Program-made: the position numbers and the translations under genes
Assembly: GCA_963702895.1 (NCBI GenBank)
Contig: OY969767.1
Span: 512,001-576,000 of the forward strand
Length of the DNA: 64,000 nucleotides
Reading direction: 5' to 3'
Source: an uncultured Elusimicrobia bacterium
Lineage (GTDB): Bacteria; Elusimicrobiota; Elusimicrobia; 2-01-FULL-59-12
In this document: piece by piece, positions 10,367 through 20,970 of the stretch
Layout: every line of letters begins with the position of its first letter
How positions within the stretch are numbered: the stretch's first letter is position 1
Notes under the pieces: model-generated
The model's input: the letters and a program-made list of their open reading frames with translations, nothing else
Told to the model about the DNA's origin: nothing
The model's database searches: none

Positions 10367-11527
10367 ATGTTCAAACCCAAGTATCCCTTACACTGGCCGA
10401 ATCTTCTCTTTTTGACCCTTTCGCCGCTTGCGGCCATCGCGGGAGCGATCTCTTACATCCCCCGTTTTGGCGTGCACCCGTTAGAAGTCACTTCCTTTAT
10501 TGTGATGTTCTTCGCCACAGGTCTGAGTATTACAGCGGGCTACCATCGCCACTTCGCGCACGTCGCTTACAGAGCACATCCCGCCGTGCGGCTTTTTTAC
10601 TTGGTCTTTGGGGCTTGCGCGATGCAGAACTCCGCCCTTTACTGGGCGTCCGATCATCGCCTCCATCACCGCTACACCGATACGGACCTTGACCCCTATA
10701 ATGCGGGCAAAGGGTTCTGGTGGTCTCATGTCGGGTGGATTCTCTATCAATCCAGGCAGGAAAAACAGCTCTCCAATGTCGGTGATTTATTGAGGGACCC
10801 GCTGGTGCGGTGGCAGCATCGTTACCATGTGCCGATTGCCATCGCGGTCGGGCTTCTCGTGCCGACCCTCATCGGCAGTTTTGTGGGCAGGGCCTTCGGG
10901 ATGCTGTTGTGGGCCGGAATCATCCGGGTCGTTTTTGTCCACCACATGACCTTTTTCATCAATTCTTTGGCGCATATGTACGGCACGCAGCCCTATGCCC
11001 GGAAGGACACCTCGCGGGACTCCTGGTGGCTCGCTTATCTGACGAACGGGGAAGGTTATCACAACTTTCATCATATGTTCCCATCCGATTATCGTAACGG
11101 TATTCATTGGTATCACTGGGACCCTACCAAATGGCTGATCTGGGGGCTCAGTCGCTTCCGCATGACGCGCAAATTGCACAAGGTCTCGCCTCATCTCATC
11201 TTGCGCGCCAGGGTGGACGTCGAGGCCCTGGACGCGGAAAAGCGTCTGCAGGCCATCCCGCAGGAGTTGGGTCAACCCTGGCGAGCGCGGCTTCAGACTT
11301 CGAAGGAAGGTTTCGAAAAGGCCCTCGCGGATTGGGCCGTGACGCGCGCCCGCTATTGGGAACTCAAGAAAACGGCCTGGGCCAATTCCGAAGGCGCCCA
11401 GCATTGGAAGGGAACACTCGCAACGTGCGAATCTCGCCTGAACGAAGCTCACTTGGCGTGGCGATCCTCCTTTCGGGCCTCCAAAAGAGCCCTCTCATCC
11501 GCTCGCTTGAATCAGGCGGTTGGCTAA
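10367..11527 (+). CDS. Acyl-CoA (delta-9-type) fatty acid desaturase
   Basis: His boxes GYHRHFAH, HRLHH, GEGYHNFHH; FINSLAH; DPTKW; AGGAGG RBS. Confidence 0.93.
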   Translation: MFKPKYPLHWPNLLFLTLSPLAAIAGAISYIPRFGVHPLEVTSFIVMFFATGLSITAGYHRHFAHVAYRAHPAVRLFYLVFGACAMQNSALYWASDHRLHHRYTDTDLDPYNAGKGFWWSHVGWILYQSRQEKQLSNVGDLLRDPLVRWQHRYHVPIAIAVGLLVPTLIGSFVGRAFGMLLWAGIIRVVFVHHMTFFINSLAHMYGTQPYARKDTSRDSWWLAYLTNGEGYHNFHHMFPSDYRNGIHWYHWDPTKWLIWGLSRFRMTRKLHKVSPHLILRARVDVEALDAEKRLQAIPQELGQPWRARLQTSKEGFEKALADWAVTRARYWELKKTAWANSEGAQHWKGTLATCESRLNEAHLAWRSSFRASKRALSSARLNQAVG

Positions 11528-11539
11528 GGTGTTTGGGGT

Positions 11540-12943
11540 TCAGGGCCAGGGTGTCGAACTTGGAGATATTTCCTGCCAGGACTGACGCGATAGGACGACA
11601 TTGAGGGCTGGAACCTCAAGAGTGTCGTCATAAAAGATTCCGCAAGAATTCGACAAACTTCCGCCACTGGCTGTGACATTCCCGTTCACCCATACAGCGC
11701 CGTGAAAGTCAAGGTATTTAAGAATCGTGAGATTGCCGCCTACGTATGTAAAGCCTTTGATGCCTACTGTGTTGATATAGGGGCCTGTGCCGAGACCCGG
11801 AACGCCGAACGTATCTGTTCCAAACTGAAAGGTGGCGGCTGTGGAGTGGTATCCTGTATCCGCGGGGTATTGTCGGGTGGCTGCCGTGTCGAAGGTGGTC
11901 TTTGTGAATTTCTGATGTTCCTGCCAGGCATTCGTCGGGACATGTCCCGTATACTTAAATTCGCCGGGGGTGTCGATTGTGAGATTTCCCCGGACGATGA
12001 CCATCCCGCGCAACCCACAACTTTGATTCGCCGATGATCCTCCGCTGAGGACGACATCGCCATCCCAATACCAGACATAATCCGTGTCGGGATTTAAGCG
12101 AGCGGACCTCGTGTGGCTCCACGGATTGCCAAAATGCGTGGTGTGCAAACCTGCCGAAGCGCAACTCGCCCGCGTGTCCCATCTCGTGGCGTGAGCCAAG
12201 CTCCCTGCGCCGCCTTGTGTCGATCGACATCCGTAAATGTTCAGTGTGCCTGTGGCGGCAGCGGAGGAGCGCAGCGCCACAAAATCAAGAATGGGGACTT
12301 CCGGAACGCCAGAGTACTGGGACCACCATTCAACATTGTCCGTGTTGGGGGTTGCCAACCCATTGGTATCGCGAGGATTGACGGCAGTTCCGATCACAAC
12401 TCCCTTTGCATACTTTCGGGGGTAGTAAATACCACCCACAACATCGTCCATCACTTGCATGTTTCCCTGTGACAGGATCGCTCCCCAGAATATGAGCAAT
12501 CCTTTGGCCCATGTGACGCTTCCTCCAGCCATTATTGGGCTGTAAATGGTTTGGTTTCGGTAGACGGCCGAAATCGCTCGAACTTCGTTGGTCGAGGAGT
12601 CCCTCCCTTCAGCGACGATGGTGACCGAATTGTTGGCAGCACTCGAGAATCGTATTCGATAGCTTCCCCCGGGAATATCACGATACGTCGTGTCAAAGTT
12701 ATAACCTGCGATGACGGTTCCAATCGAGGCGTTTTCCCAAGTGGTGGTTGTGCTTTGAAGTTTCCACTGTCCCCGGTCCAGCCCCGCTTCAGCCAGATTC
12801 ACGGCGGAAACACTTTTCTGTTGCTTGACCGCCCATCTCATATCGTGCTGCAACCAGCTCACCAGGCCATAGGTCATGATGGTCATGACAACCAATAACC
12901 CAATCACAACTGGCAATATTTGGCCACGGCTGGTCATATTCAT
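11540..12943 (-). CDS. PilX-like minor pilin / pilus assembly protein
   Basis: RG-QILPVVIGLLVV cleavage site and TM, A.NLAEAG motif, G.V.V.GNLTI repeats. Confidence 0.7.
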   Translation of the reverse strand: MNMTSRGQILPVVIGLLVVMTIMTYGLVSWLQHDMRWAVKQQKSVSAVNLAEAGLDRGQWKLQSTTTTWENASIGTVIAGYNFDTTYRDIPGGSYRIRFSSAANNSVTIVAEGRDSSTNEVRAISAVYRNQTIYSPIMAGGSVTWAKGLLIFWGAILSQGNMQVMDDVVGGIYYPRKYAKGVVIGTAVNPRDTNGLATPNTDNVEWWSQYSGVPEVPILDFVALRSSAAATGTLNIYGCRSTQGGAGSLAHATRWDTRASCASAGLHTTHFGNPWSHTRSARLNPDTDYVWYWDGDVVLSGGSSANQSCGLRGMVIVRGNLTIDTPGEFKYTGHVPTNAWQEHQKFTKTTFDTAATRQYPADTGYHSTAATFQFGTDTFGVPGLGTGPYINTVGIKGFTYVGGNLTILKYLDFHGAVWVNGNVTASGGSLSNSCGIFYDDTLEVPALNVVLSRQSWQEISPSSTPWP

Positions 12944-13434
12944 CAGTTCATCACCCGGACTTTCTCAGATGCCATATGGAGTGCCTTGAGCGCGCCTCCA
13001 TAAATCTGTTGTTGTAAGGTCAGCGCTACCGACACGATCGTCATATCATCAGAGCGCGGGAACGTAAACGACAAATACGAAAGGTTTTGTGTCATGGTGG
13101 AGACGTGAATCCCTTCCGAAAAGATCAAGGATCCTCCCTGCTGACGAAGCGTGATGTTCGAGCCTTGGGCCTTCGTAAAGCGGATACGGGAATAATAGGG
13201 TTGGTTGGAACCTTGATCGATCACAACGGTGCTGGATTGGGCTTGCCGGAGTTCGCGGGTCACGTTGTACATGATGGCACGCGCTTCCCGCTGCAGCTCG
13301 AGTTTTGTACGCCCGAGGACAAACAGTTGTGTGGATTTCGTAACAAGACTTGGCGCAATCAGCGCCAGGATGCCGAGGATGGCGACCACGATCATGAGTT
13401 CCATAAAGGTCATGCCGCGCTGATTGTTCACCAT
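12943..13434 (-). CDS. Type IV pilin-like protein (N-methylation motif; PilW-like)
   Basis: QRG-MTFMELMIVVAILGIL prepilin motif; TRELRQA. Confidence 0.85.
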   Translation of the reverse strand: MVNNQRGMTFMELMIVVAILGILALIAPSLVTKSTQLFVLGRTKLELQREARAIMYNVTRELRQAQSSTVVIDQGSNQPYYSRIRFTKAQGSNITLRQQGGSLIFSEGIHVSTMTQNLSYLSFTFPRSDDMTIVSVALTLQQQIYGGALKALHMASEKVRVMN

Positions 13435-16058
13435 GAGAAATTCACGCCCGACGTTGTCATCCCGGCGTTCACCGTAACCCCGGAGACGGTTCTTGAGCTG
13501 ATGACTGGAGTACTTCCATTCAAATACATATAGAAAGCATGCACCGAGTAGGCGGTGGTCGTACTGCCGCGTACATCAACGGAGTAGGTGCCGTCTTCGC
13601 CGCTCGAATCGGCATAAAATGCGGACGAATTGAGCGTGTTGCTGCTCAGGGCAGGCGGTGGAAGTGAAATGGCCCCGGTGCTTACAATCACGAGCACTCC
13701 GCTCTTGATGGTCGATCCGCCGGATGTGACAGACCCCGTCACCGTTCCCATGGCGCCGGTAATGGTAAACGTGCTGGACCAGGTCGTCACTCCCGCAGTT
13801 ACGGTCACGGATGCATTCGTCGGGCTTGCGCTCTCTTTCAGATCAAGAACAGGCTCAATGGTGTAGGTGCCGGTGGTGAGATTGACGAGCAAAAAGGATC
13901 CATTGGAACCCGACACTTGAGAATCGCGGACATACCCAGTGGAGTCTTTTGCAACGACGGTCATCCCGGGAAGAGGATTCGTTCCATCGCGCGTCATCCA
14001 GCCACTGACTTTGCCGCCCTTGGGAAGATTGAAGTCGGTGTCCGAGGTCAAGTCTCCAAGTGTCACGGCGACTCCAGTTTGCGTCGCGGAAGCGTACATG
14101 GAATTTCCTAGCCCCATATTCGAGATCACATCGTAGACTCCAGTCGAAACTCGCAGGTAGTAATAGCCGGACGCTCCAATCGTCGTGACCGCGCTTCCTG
14201 CCGTGACCGACAGGCTCCCGATGATGGGTTGGCCAGCGGCGTCCTTGACAGTCCCGCAGATCATTCCCGTTACTCCTTCCGTGGACAGAATGCTCGCGAA
14301 AGACCCAGGGGCATTCCAGGCGGGTGACGTCGCGGAATTGGGTATCCAGGTGACATTGTTGGCTGTGACCGATACGTTGCTGATCTCTGCTGAAGCTGTC
14401 CCGCTGTCGATGAGAACAACCCAAGTTCCAGAGGCGACACCCGGCACCGAGAACAAAGCATAGGGCGGGCTTCCCATCGAGATGGCAGCGGTCGCAACAG
14501 AAATGCCGTCGCTGATGGACACAAGCGCGCCAGTGGCGGGAACTCCTGAAAGGGGTGCCAAGGTTGTTGTGTTGGTCCGGGGAGCGAAGGGGGGGGATGC
14601 GTACGAAATGAAATCGACACTGTTATTCCCCGAATCGTAGGCATTGCCATAGCTCGAGCTGATGACCGTCGTCGTGTCCGCTCGGCGCACGAAGGCTTCG
14701 CCGACCGCCATGCCGCTCATCGAGGAAGCGGCGGCCGGAGAAGTCTCGTAATACGCAGGTGTTGTCCCAGCCCCATTCCAAGACACGGCATCGATCTTTT
14801 GCACAGAGGCTATTCCGGACCAGGGAGACCCTCCATTGGTCCCGATTCCAAATCCCCCGGCGCTCTGAGTCCACGCGCATCCGCCTGCTCCGTAGGGGTG
14901 ACACTGAAGAGCGTGGTTCGGCATTCCAACATAACGCCAGCAAGCGTCGGGGTTCACGGTGGTGCCGGCAATGGTAATGGGATCGCATGTGATTCCGGAT
15001 CCACCGCCATCACCGGTGTTTGTAATAAGGAAGTACCCGTTTGCCGGGACAAACGTACTGATGTAGACAAGCTGCATGTCTTGCGCATTCCCGTCCGCAT
15101 CGAACACGACAGTCCATACAGAGGGGGCGTGGGGTGCTGCATTGCTTCCAATGGTGATGGCGGAGGTCGTGGGATTATAAAGCTCGACATATTCAAGATT
15201 GTTCGTTGCCCCAGTGCTGGCGACCACCTGGCTGATGAGAAGGTGATTATTAATCCAAGCTGTCCCTTTCACGGTGCCGGAACTGATCGGCGTTAATGAA
15301 AAATCCTGAACAAGCGATGCGTAGGGCGCGAGCGTCAGTACCGTGGTTGCTGAATAGAAGCCGGGGGCGCTTGCCATAAAACTGAATGTCCCGGGCGAAA
15401 GATTAATCAGGTAACTGCCCGTCGCGCTCGTCGAGTCTTGCCATCCCACGTTTTCTGCCGCGTTAACAAGAGCAGAAGCAATAGCTTCTCCCGTATTGGC
15501 GTTTGTGACAGTGCCTCGTAAAATGGAGCGTGTCATCACGGTGCTCGGGTTGTTCAAGATGCTTTTCATCGTGATGAAACTTTCTCCCTTGTTGGTTGAC
15601 CATAAGATGGTCACGGTCAGTTGGCGCATTCCAGTATCCGGGGTGGTGGGCGGCAAGATGACGATATTACCAGAATTCTCCTGAACGACTTGGACATAGG
15701 TGTATCGCGTGAACAGCATGCCGCCTTCCATGATTGTCTCTGGAGGGAAATAAGAAGGGTCATAAGGGATACTGGTGGATCCCACCACGCGGTAGGCTGG
15801 GTCCGTCGTGACGAGGACCTCGTAATAACTTTTCTGCATAATGACCTGCATTTTTTCCTGACCAATATTGGTTGCCAGAGTTCGCCCCTTTGAAGCCTGA
15901 ATCCCCTCGTGAACTTTCGAGAACGTTTGGACGGAAGCCAGCACCCCGATGCCGATCAGAGCGGTCGCGATCATCAGCTCTGCGAGGGTTGCTCCTGTGC
16001 TGTTCTTGAAAGTGGTCACAAGAAGTTGCCTGATCGAGAGGCCGCAATGGTGTTGCAT
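13428..16058 (-). CDS. Giant pilin-like protein with carboxypeptidase-regulatory-like repeats and a lamin-tail-like domain
   Basis: G-ATLAELMIATALIGIG prepilin motif; repeated G.V..A.G..I..A.V beta-sandwich starts; LLISQV..EYVELYNPT; start codon uncertain. Confidence 0.75.
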   Translation of the reverse strand: MQHHCGLSIRQLLVTTFKNSTGATLAELMIATALIGIGVLASVQTFSKVHEGIQASKGRTLATNIGQEKMQVIMQKSYYEVLVTTDPAYRVVGSTSIPYDPSYFPPETIMEGGMLFTRYTYVQVVQENSGNIVILPPTTPDTGMRQLTVTILWSTNKGESFITMKSILNNPSTVMTRSILRGTVTNANTGEAIASALVNAAENVGWQDSTSATGSYLINLSPGTFSFMASAPGFYSATTVLTLAPYASLVQDFSLTPISSGTVKGTAWINNHLLISQVVASTGATNNLEYVELYNPTTSAITIGSNAAPHAPSVWTVVFDADGNAQDMQLVYISTFVPANGYFLITNTGDGGGSGITCDPITIAGTTVNPDACWRYVGMPNHALQCHPYGAGGCAWTQSAGGFGIGTNGGSPWSGIASVQKIDAVSWNGAGTTPAYYETSPAAASSMSGMAVGEAFVRRADTTTVISSSYGNAYDSGNNSVDFISYASPPFAPRTNTTTLAPLSGVPATGALVSISDGISVATAAISMGSPPYALFSVPGVASGTWVVLIDSGTASAEISNVSVTANNVTWIPNSATSPAWNAPGSFASILSTEGVTGMICGTVKDAAGQPIIGSLSVTAGSAVTTIGASGYYYLRVSTGVYDVISNMGLGNSMYASATQTGVAVTLGDLTSDTDFNLPKGGKVSGWMTRDGTNPLPGMTVVAKDSTGYVRDSQVSGSNGSFLLVNLTTGTYTIEPVLDLKESASPTNASVTVTAGVTTWSSTFTITGAMGTVTGSVTSGGSTIKSGVLVIVSTGAISLPPPALSSNTLNSSAFYADSSGEDGTYSVDVRGSTTTAYSVHAFYMYLNGSTPVISSRTVSGVTVNAGMTTSGVNFSW

Positions 16059-16160
16059 GGCTCTTATTCCTACACTACTTAAGATACATTTACAATGGAA
16101 AAGTCGGCTGGAGAACACAAATTTACATCGCAATATAAGCCTGTTATGACGGCGCGTTTT

Positions 16161-17879
16161 TTACTGAAGAGGGGCCGCTGGGGAGGTGCTGGAAGCCAGG
16201 ATTCTCTCGTAGAGCTGCCGGGTCTGTTGAACGGTGCGCGAAACGCTCACCTGGGCCTGAGAAGCCAGCGCTGAGCGAATCATGGCGGCGTGCAGGGCAT
16301 CATTTTTCAGGGCTTGCTGGAGTTGTTTGCAGGCGCGTAAAAGCCCGTCCGCGCGGGGATGACTGTAGACATAGGGCACCTCAAACCCATTGGGCGCTTG
16401 CCCTTCATTTTCGCGTCCTTGAAAGATCACGGATTCGGGAATGGCCCCGTCATCGGAGGCGATGATGAGGCCCCCATTGACCTGGGCCTTCATGAAACCG
16501 GTCGCTGAGGCCTCCCGTCCATCATCGGCCAGCATGATTGCGGCATCGGTGCCCTGAAACAGCTTCGGGGCCATCCAAACGTTGAAATTATCCAGAAAAA
16601 CAATGCGTTCCTGAAGCTCCGCGTCCTGACTGATGATGTCCAGGAGGTTGTAGATCATGGTTTGAGCCTGGTCATCATGTTGATGGATCCGGCCGCCTAC
16701 CAGCAGGACGATGTTGGTGTCGACAAACTGCTTCCTCAGCGACGCGTCTTTACACAGCGTGTCCAGGATGTCAATGCGCTTGTAGCCCGTGATGCGCCTC
16801 GTCCAGAGAACGACACCCTTGTCGATCACGTGTTCCTTCCAGGTGTGCCACAAGCCATATTGGCGCCAAACCCAATCCAGGAGCTCCTCTTTTTTCCTTT
16901 TTTTGAGTTTGAGCAGCTCGCTGTCTGGCAACGAGGCCGCGCCGAGATAATCCGGCGACTGCCAAATTCCGACATGGACGCCATTGGTGATGGCCTCAAT
17001 TTTGTGCTCATAATCTTTTAAGGACGCCATGGCGCGCATCACGCGCGCGTGTTTTTGGGCGACGCCGAAAACCCCTTCGCTTCGGGCGATCAGCAAGCGA
17101 GTCACATCGACATTGGTGCGGTCATTGGTCCCGGGCGATGGAACATAAGAGGATGAATCGATTTGAAGCCTGGCGATGGTCTGCTCCGACCAGATGGGGT
17201 GGGCATACTCCATCGGGGTGTGGTCATTAAAAATATAGCGGGTGTTGCTGAAAAAAGGGTCGTTTTGCAGCTCATCTTTGACCAGGCGGTGTTGGGCAAA
17301 AAACGTGGGCGTTTCACTTTGAACGATGATGTCCGCTTGAAACCCGAGCGCTTTCGCCAGGTGGAGAGCGCCCCGGCCGGCCAGCCAGCTCTGCTTTTGT
17401 CTCGCCTCGACAGCCCAGGACCAAGGGTTGGGATGTTTGGGAGGGGCATCTTCTTCGCTGGGGTAGACCACATCGGTCATTTCCGGGCAATCAAGAAAAT
17501 AGACCTTCGATTTTCCGTAAGCAACTTCCCAAACGTGGGCTTTGGCGACCGACTTGTCAAAAAGGTTGATCGAAAGGATGAGGTCTGTGTCTTTGAGGAA
17601 CGGGCGCAGCACGGGAGCCACATGGCGCTTTTCAAGGTGCAGCTGGCCCCAGTCAAACCAGCTCTGGATCCAGGTGTACTGGTAGAGAAGCGTGACGCCA
17701 ATCGTTTCGATTCCTTCCTCTCCATGGGTGATAATGCGGTCGCGGAGCAGAGGGCCAATCCCGCCCACCGAAGTCGACATGGCGGCATCACGGGTCGGCC
17801 GGTACCCGTGCCGGGCGTAAACAGCGTCCAGCACGGCCGCAGGGAGAGCGATTTCCATAGCGACTTCCATGATTCGCAT
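16161..17879 (-). CDS. Alpha-glucan (glycogen/starch) phosphorylase family protein, short form
   Basis: GGIG loop, GVAQKH, ITNGVH..W, RRITGYKR, EASATGFMKAQVNG PLP-lysine motif. Confidence 0.75.
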   Translation of the reverse strand: MRIMEVAMEIALPAAVLDAVYARHGYRPTRDAAMSTSVGGIGPLLRDRIITHGEEGIETIGVTLLYQYTWIQSWFDWGQLHLEKRHVAPVLRPFLKDTDLILSINLFDKSVAKAHVWEVAYGKSKVYFLDCPEMTDVVYPSEEDAPPKHPNPWSWAVEARQKQSWLAGRGALHLAKALGFQADIIVQSETPTFFAQHRLVKDELQNDPFFSNTRYIFNDHTPMEYAHPIWSEQTIARLQIDSSSYVPSPGTNDRTNVDVTRLLIARSEGVFGVAQKHARVMRAMASLKDYEHKIEAITNGVHVGIWQSPDYLGAASLPDSELLKLKKRKKEELLDWVWRQYGLWHTWKEHVIDKGVVLWTRRITGYKRIDILDTLCKDASLRKQFVDTNIVLLVGGRIHQHDDQAQTMIYNLLDIISQDAELQERIVFLDNFNVWMAPKLFQGTDAAIMLADDGREASATGFMKAQVNGGLIIASDDGAIPESVIFQGRENEGQAPNGFEVPYVYSHPRADGLLRACKQLQQALKNDALHAAMIRSALASQAQVSVSRTVQQTRQLYERILASSTSPAAPLQ

Positions 17880-17926
17880 ATCCTTGATAATACACGATTG
17901 AAAGCTTTTAAGTATAATCCGCCCCT

Positions 17927-18529
17927 ATGGCGGCTTTCATCGATTCGGGCCTTTTGCAGGCCCAATCCACCCCGTCACTGGCCGATAAGATCAAAGAGAT
18001 TCTGCTTGATCTCGGAGAAGATCCTGGCCGGGAAGGGCTCCTCAAGACCCCGGAACGAGTCGCCAAGTCGCTCCGTGAATTAACCGCCGGTTATCGAGTG
18101 GATGTCGATCGACTGGTCAACGAAGCGCTCTTTGAGGTCCCCTATAGCGAAATGGTTTTGGTCCGGGATATCGATTTCTACTCGCTTTGCGAGCATCACC
18201 TGTTGCCCTTTTTCGGGAAGTGTCACGTGGCCTATATTCCTAACGGAAAAGTGATCGGCCTTTCGAAAATCCCCAGGCTCGTGGAGGCCTTTTCGCAACG
18301 TTTGCAGGTGCAAGAGCGCCTGACCTCTCAGATTGCCGAGATCCTGCTAGCCAAGGTGAAACCGTTGGGGGTTGCCGTGGTCATGGAGGCCCGTCATCTC
18401 TGTATGGAGATGAGGGGCGCCCAGAGCAAGAACGCCCCTACCGTGACGAGCGCCATGCTGGGATGTTTCCGGTCGGACGCCCGTACGCGTGAGGAATTTC
18501 TTGGCTTTGTCAACAACCATCAACGATAA
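17927..18529 (+). CDS. folE: GTP cyclohydrolase I
   Basis: [46 protein letters not shown]. Confidence 0.97.
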   Translation: MAAFIDSGLLQAQSTPSLADKIKEILLDLGEDPGREGLLKTPERVAKSLRELTAGYRVDVDRLVNEALFEVPYSEMVLVRDIDFYSLCEHHLLPFFGKCHVAYIPNGKVIGLSKIPRLVEAFSQRLQVQERLTSQIAEILLAKVKPLGVAVVMEARHLCMEMRGAQSKNAPTVTSAMLGCFRSDARTREEFLGFVNNHQR

Positions 18530-18546
18530 GGAGTGGAGTCCTCATC

Positions 18547-19686
18547 ATGAACGAACCCTTAGACGGCCTTGAAGATGTCGTGATCGCCAATTCCTCCATC
18601 TGCTTCATCGATGGGGACAAGGGGATCTTGCGTTACCGCGGCTATGACGTGCAAGAGCTGGCCGACAAGTCGACCTACGAGGAAACGGCCTATCTTCTGA
18701 TCTTCGGCGAGCTCCCTGAGGTGGACCAGCTTTCCAATTTCCAAAAAGAGCTCCACAAAAACCGCGGAATCACACCGGGACTGGCCAAAATGCTTCAGGA
18801 TATTCCCAAGGCCACCGACCCCATGGCCTGGCTGCGCACCGGCGCATCGGCCTTGGCCGCCTATGACCCCGAGTCCGAAGACAATAGCGACGCCGCCAAT
18901 CTCCGCAAAACGATCCGGTTGACGGCTCAACTCGCGACCATCGCCGCGGTCCTTGAGCGCACCCGTAAAGGGCTTTCTCCCGTGGCGCCGGACGCGAACC
19001 TTGATCACGCCGCCAATTTCCTCTACATGATCACGGGCAAGAAGCCGGATGAGCTTTCCCGAAGAGCCATGGACATGGCGATGATTCTCCAAGCGGACCA
19101 TGAACTCAACGCTTCGACCTTTGCCGCGCGCGTGACGACCTCGACGCTTTCGGACATGTATTCGGCCGTCACCAGCGCCATCGGCACCCTGAAAGGCCCC
19201 TTGCATGGCGGGGCCAATCAGCGCGTGATGGAAATGCTTGAAACCATCGGAACACCCAAGAAAGCCGAAGCCTTTATTCGAGAGCAGCTGGCGGCAAAGA
19301 AGAAAGTCATGGGCTTCGGTCACCGCGTCTACACGACGGTCGATCCGCGCGCGGCCGTTCTGAAGAAAAAATCGAAAGAGTTGAGCCAGAAGGTGGGACC
19401 GGCCGTGTGGTTTGAGATGTCTGAAATCATTGAGAAAATCATGATCGGGGAAAAGAAGATCAACCCCAATTTGGATTTCTATTCAGCGACGGTCTTTCGC
19501 TATCTCGGGATCGATACGGACCTCTACCCCGTGATTTTTGCCATCAGTCGTATCGTCGGATGGTGCACGCATGTCATGGAGCAATACAAACACAATCGCT
19601 TGATCCGTCCCTTGTCGCACTACACAGGCCCTCAGGGGCTTCATTATCAACCCCTCTCGTCTCGCCGGGCGTCCCCCGCCGGCTAA
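18547..19686 (+). CDS. Citrate synthase (short type; citrate/2-methylcitrate synthase family)
   Basis: LRYRGY, DHELNASTF, LKGPLHGGAN, GFGHRVY, PNLDFYS, LIRP. Confidence 0.95.
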   Translation: MNEPLDGLEDVVIANSSICFIDGDKGILRYRGYDVQELADKSTYEETAYLLIFGELPEVDQLSNFQKELHKNRGITPGLAKMLQDIPKATDPMAWLRTGASALAAYDPESEDNSDAANLRKTIRLTAQLATIAAVLERTRKGLSPVAPDANLDHAANFLYMITGKKPDELSRRAMDMAMILQADHELNASTFAARVTTSTLSDMYSAVTSAIGTLKGPLHGGANQRVMEMLETIGTPKKAEAFIREQLAAKKKVMGFGHRVYTTVDPRAAVLKKKSKELSQKVGPAVWFEMSEIIEKIMIGEKKINPNLDFYSATVFRYLGIDTDLYPVIFAISRIVGWCTHVMEQYKHNRLIRPLSHYTGPQGLHYQPLSSRRASPAG

Positions 19687-19690
19687 AGCC

Positions 19691-20926
19691 TTGCGTCTTC
19701 ACGAATATCAAGCCAAAGCCGTCCTGCAGCAAGCAGGTCTTCCGGTTCCCGCTGGTGTGCCACTCCTTCAGAAGCAGGAGATGGCCTCTGTTTTGACCCG
19801 ATTGCCGCCCGGTCCCTGGGTGGTGAAAGCGCAAGTCCACACCGGAGGACGCGGCAAGGCAGGAGGCATCCTGAAAGCTCAAACGAGCGCCGATATCGAA
19901 AAGGCAGCCCAGGCCCTCTTTGAGAAAAAGCTCGTGACACACCAAACAGGACCGGATGGCATCCACATCCGAAAGCTTTATATCGAACAAGCCCAAAGCG
20001 TCACGCGAGAGCTCTATTTAGCCTGCGTGATGGATCGGGTCAAAGGACGTCCCGTGATGATGGCGTCACCGGAAGGGGGCATGGACATTGAGCAGCTCGC
20101 GCGCACCCGGCCCGAAGCTCTTTTTTATGTCGATGTCGATCCTTGGCAAGGACTTCCAGACTATCTTGCTCGCGCTCTCGCAAAACGCATGGGACTGAAG
20201 GGAGCGTCCTTAGGGGCGGTGGCTTCTGCTGCCTCCAAGGTGGCCAAGGCGTTTCTCGCATGGGACGCATCGCTCATCGAAGTGAATCCTCTTGGCCTGA
20301 CGGCGGATGAACGGGTGATCGTCATGGATGCGAAAATGAGTTTGGATGATAGCGCCCTTTACCGACATCCGGAAGCCCGAGCCTGGCGTGATCCGTCAGA
20401 AGAAAATCCTCTGGATGTGAGGGCCCAGGAAGCGGGTGTGAGTTATATCGCCCTCGCCGGCGACATTGGCTGCCTCGTCAATGGTGCGGGTCTGGCGATG
20501 GCGACGATGGACCTGATCAAGTTTCATGGCGGCGAGCCGGCCAACTTCCTTGATGTTGGCGGAGGAGCCGATGCCAAGCAGGTGACGGAGGCCTTCCGGA
20601 TCATCCTGGCGGACCCGAAGGTGAAGGGGATTCTCGTGAATATCTTTGGCGGCATCATGAAATGCGATGTGATCGCCGAAGGGATCGTGACCGCCGCCAG
20701 GGAAGTCGGCAAGGAAGTGCCGCTCGTGGTACGCCTGGAAGGTACGAATGTCGAGCTCGGGAGGAAAATCTTGCGGGATTCGGGCCTCAAGCTTGAAACC
20801 GCAAAAGATTTAACCGAAGCCGCTAAGAAAGTGATTACTGCAACTCAAAGATGTCATCCCCCGCGGTTGTCAGCGGGGGACGCCACACGACAGGCGTCCG
20901 ACCGTAGTGTGTCGGATCCATCATGA
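19691..20926 (+). CDS. sucC: Succinyl-CoA synthetase beta subunit (C-terminus runs into a REP element)
   Basis: [53 protein letters not shown] start. Confidence 0.96.
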   Translation: MRLHEYQAKAVLQQAGLPVPAGVPLLQKQEMASVLTRLPPGPWVVKAQVHTGGRGKAGGILKAQTSADIEKAAQALFEKKLVTHQTGPDGIHIRKLYIEQAQSVTRELYLACVMDRVKGRPVMMASPEGGMDIEQLARTRPEALFYVDVDPWQGLPDYLARALAKRMGLKGASLGAVASAASKVAKAFLAWDASLIEVNPLGLTADERVIVMDAKMSLDDSALYRHPEARAWRDPSEENPLDVRAQEAGVSYIALAGDIGCLVNGAGLAMATMDLIKFHGGEPANFLDVGGGADAKQVTEAFRIILADPKVKGILVNIFGGIMKCDVIAEGIVTAAREVGKEVPLVVRLEGTNVELGRKILRDSGLKLETAKDLTEAAKKVITATQRCHPPRLSAGDATRQASDRSVSDPS

Positions 20927-20957
20927 TGGATCCCGGCTTACGACGTGCCGGGATGAC
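20853..20957. repeat. Family A REP-like doublet with a nested 36-bp hairpin insertion
   Basis: gtcatcccccgcggttgtcagcggggga [cgccacacgacaggcgtccgaccgtagtgtgtcgga] tccatcatgatggatcccggcttacgacgtgccgggatgac. Confidence 0.88.
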
Positions 20958-20970
20958 GTCGTAGATTGGT

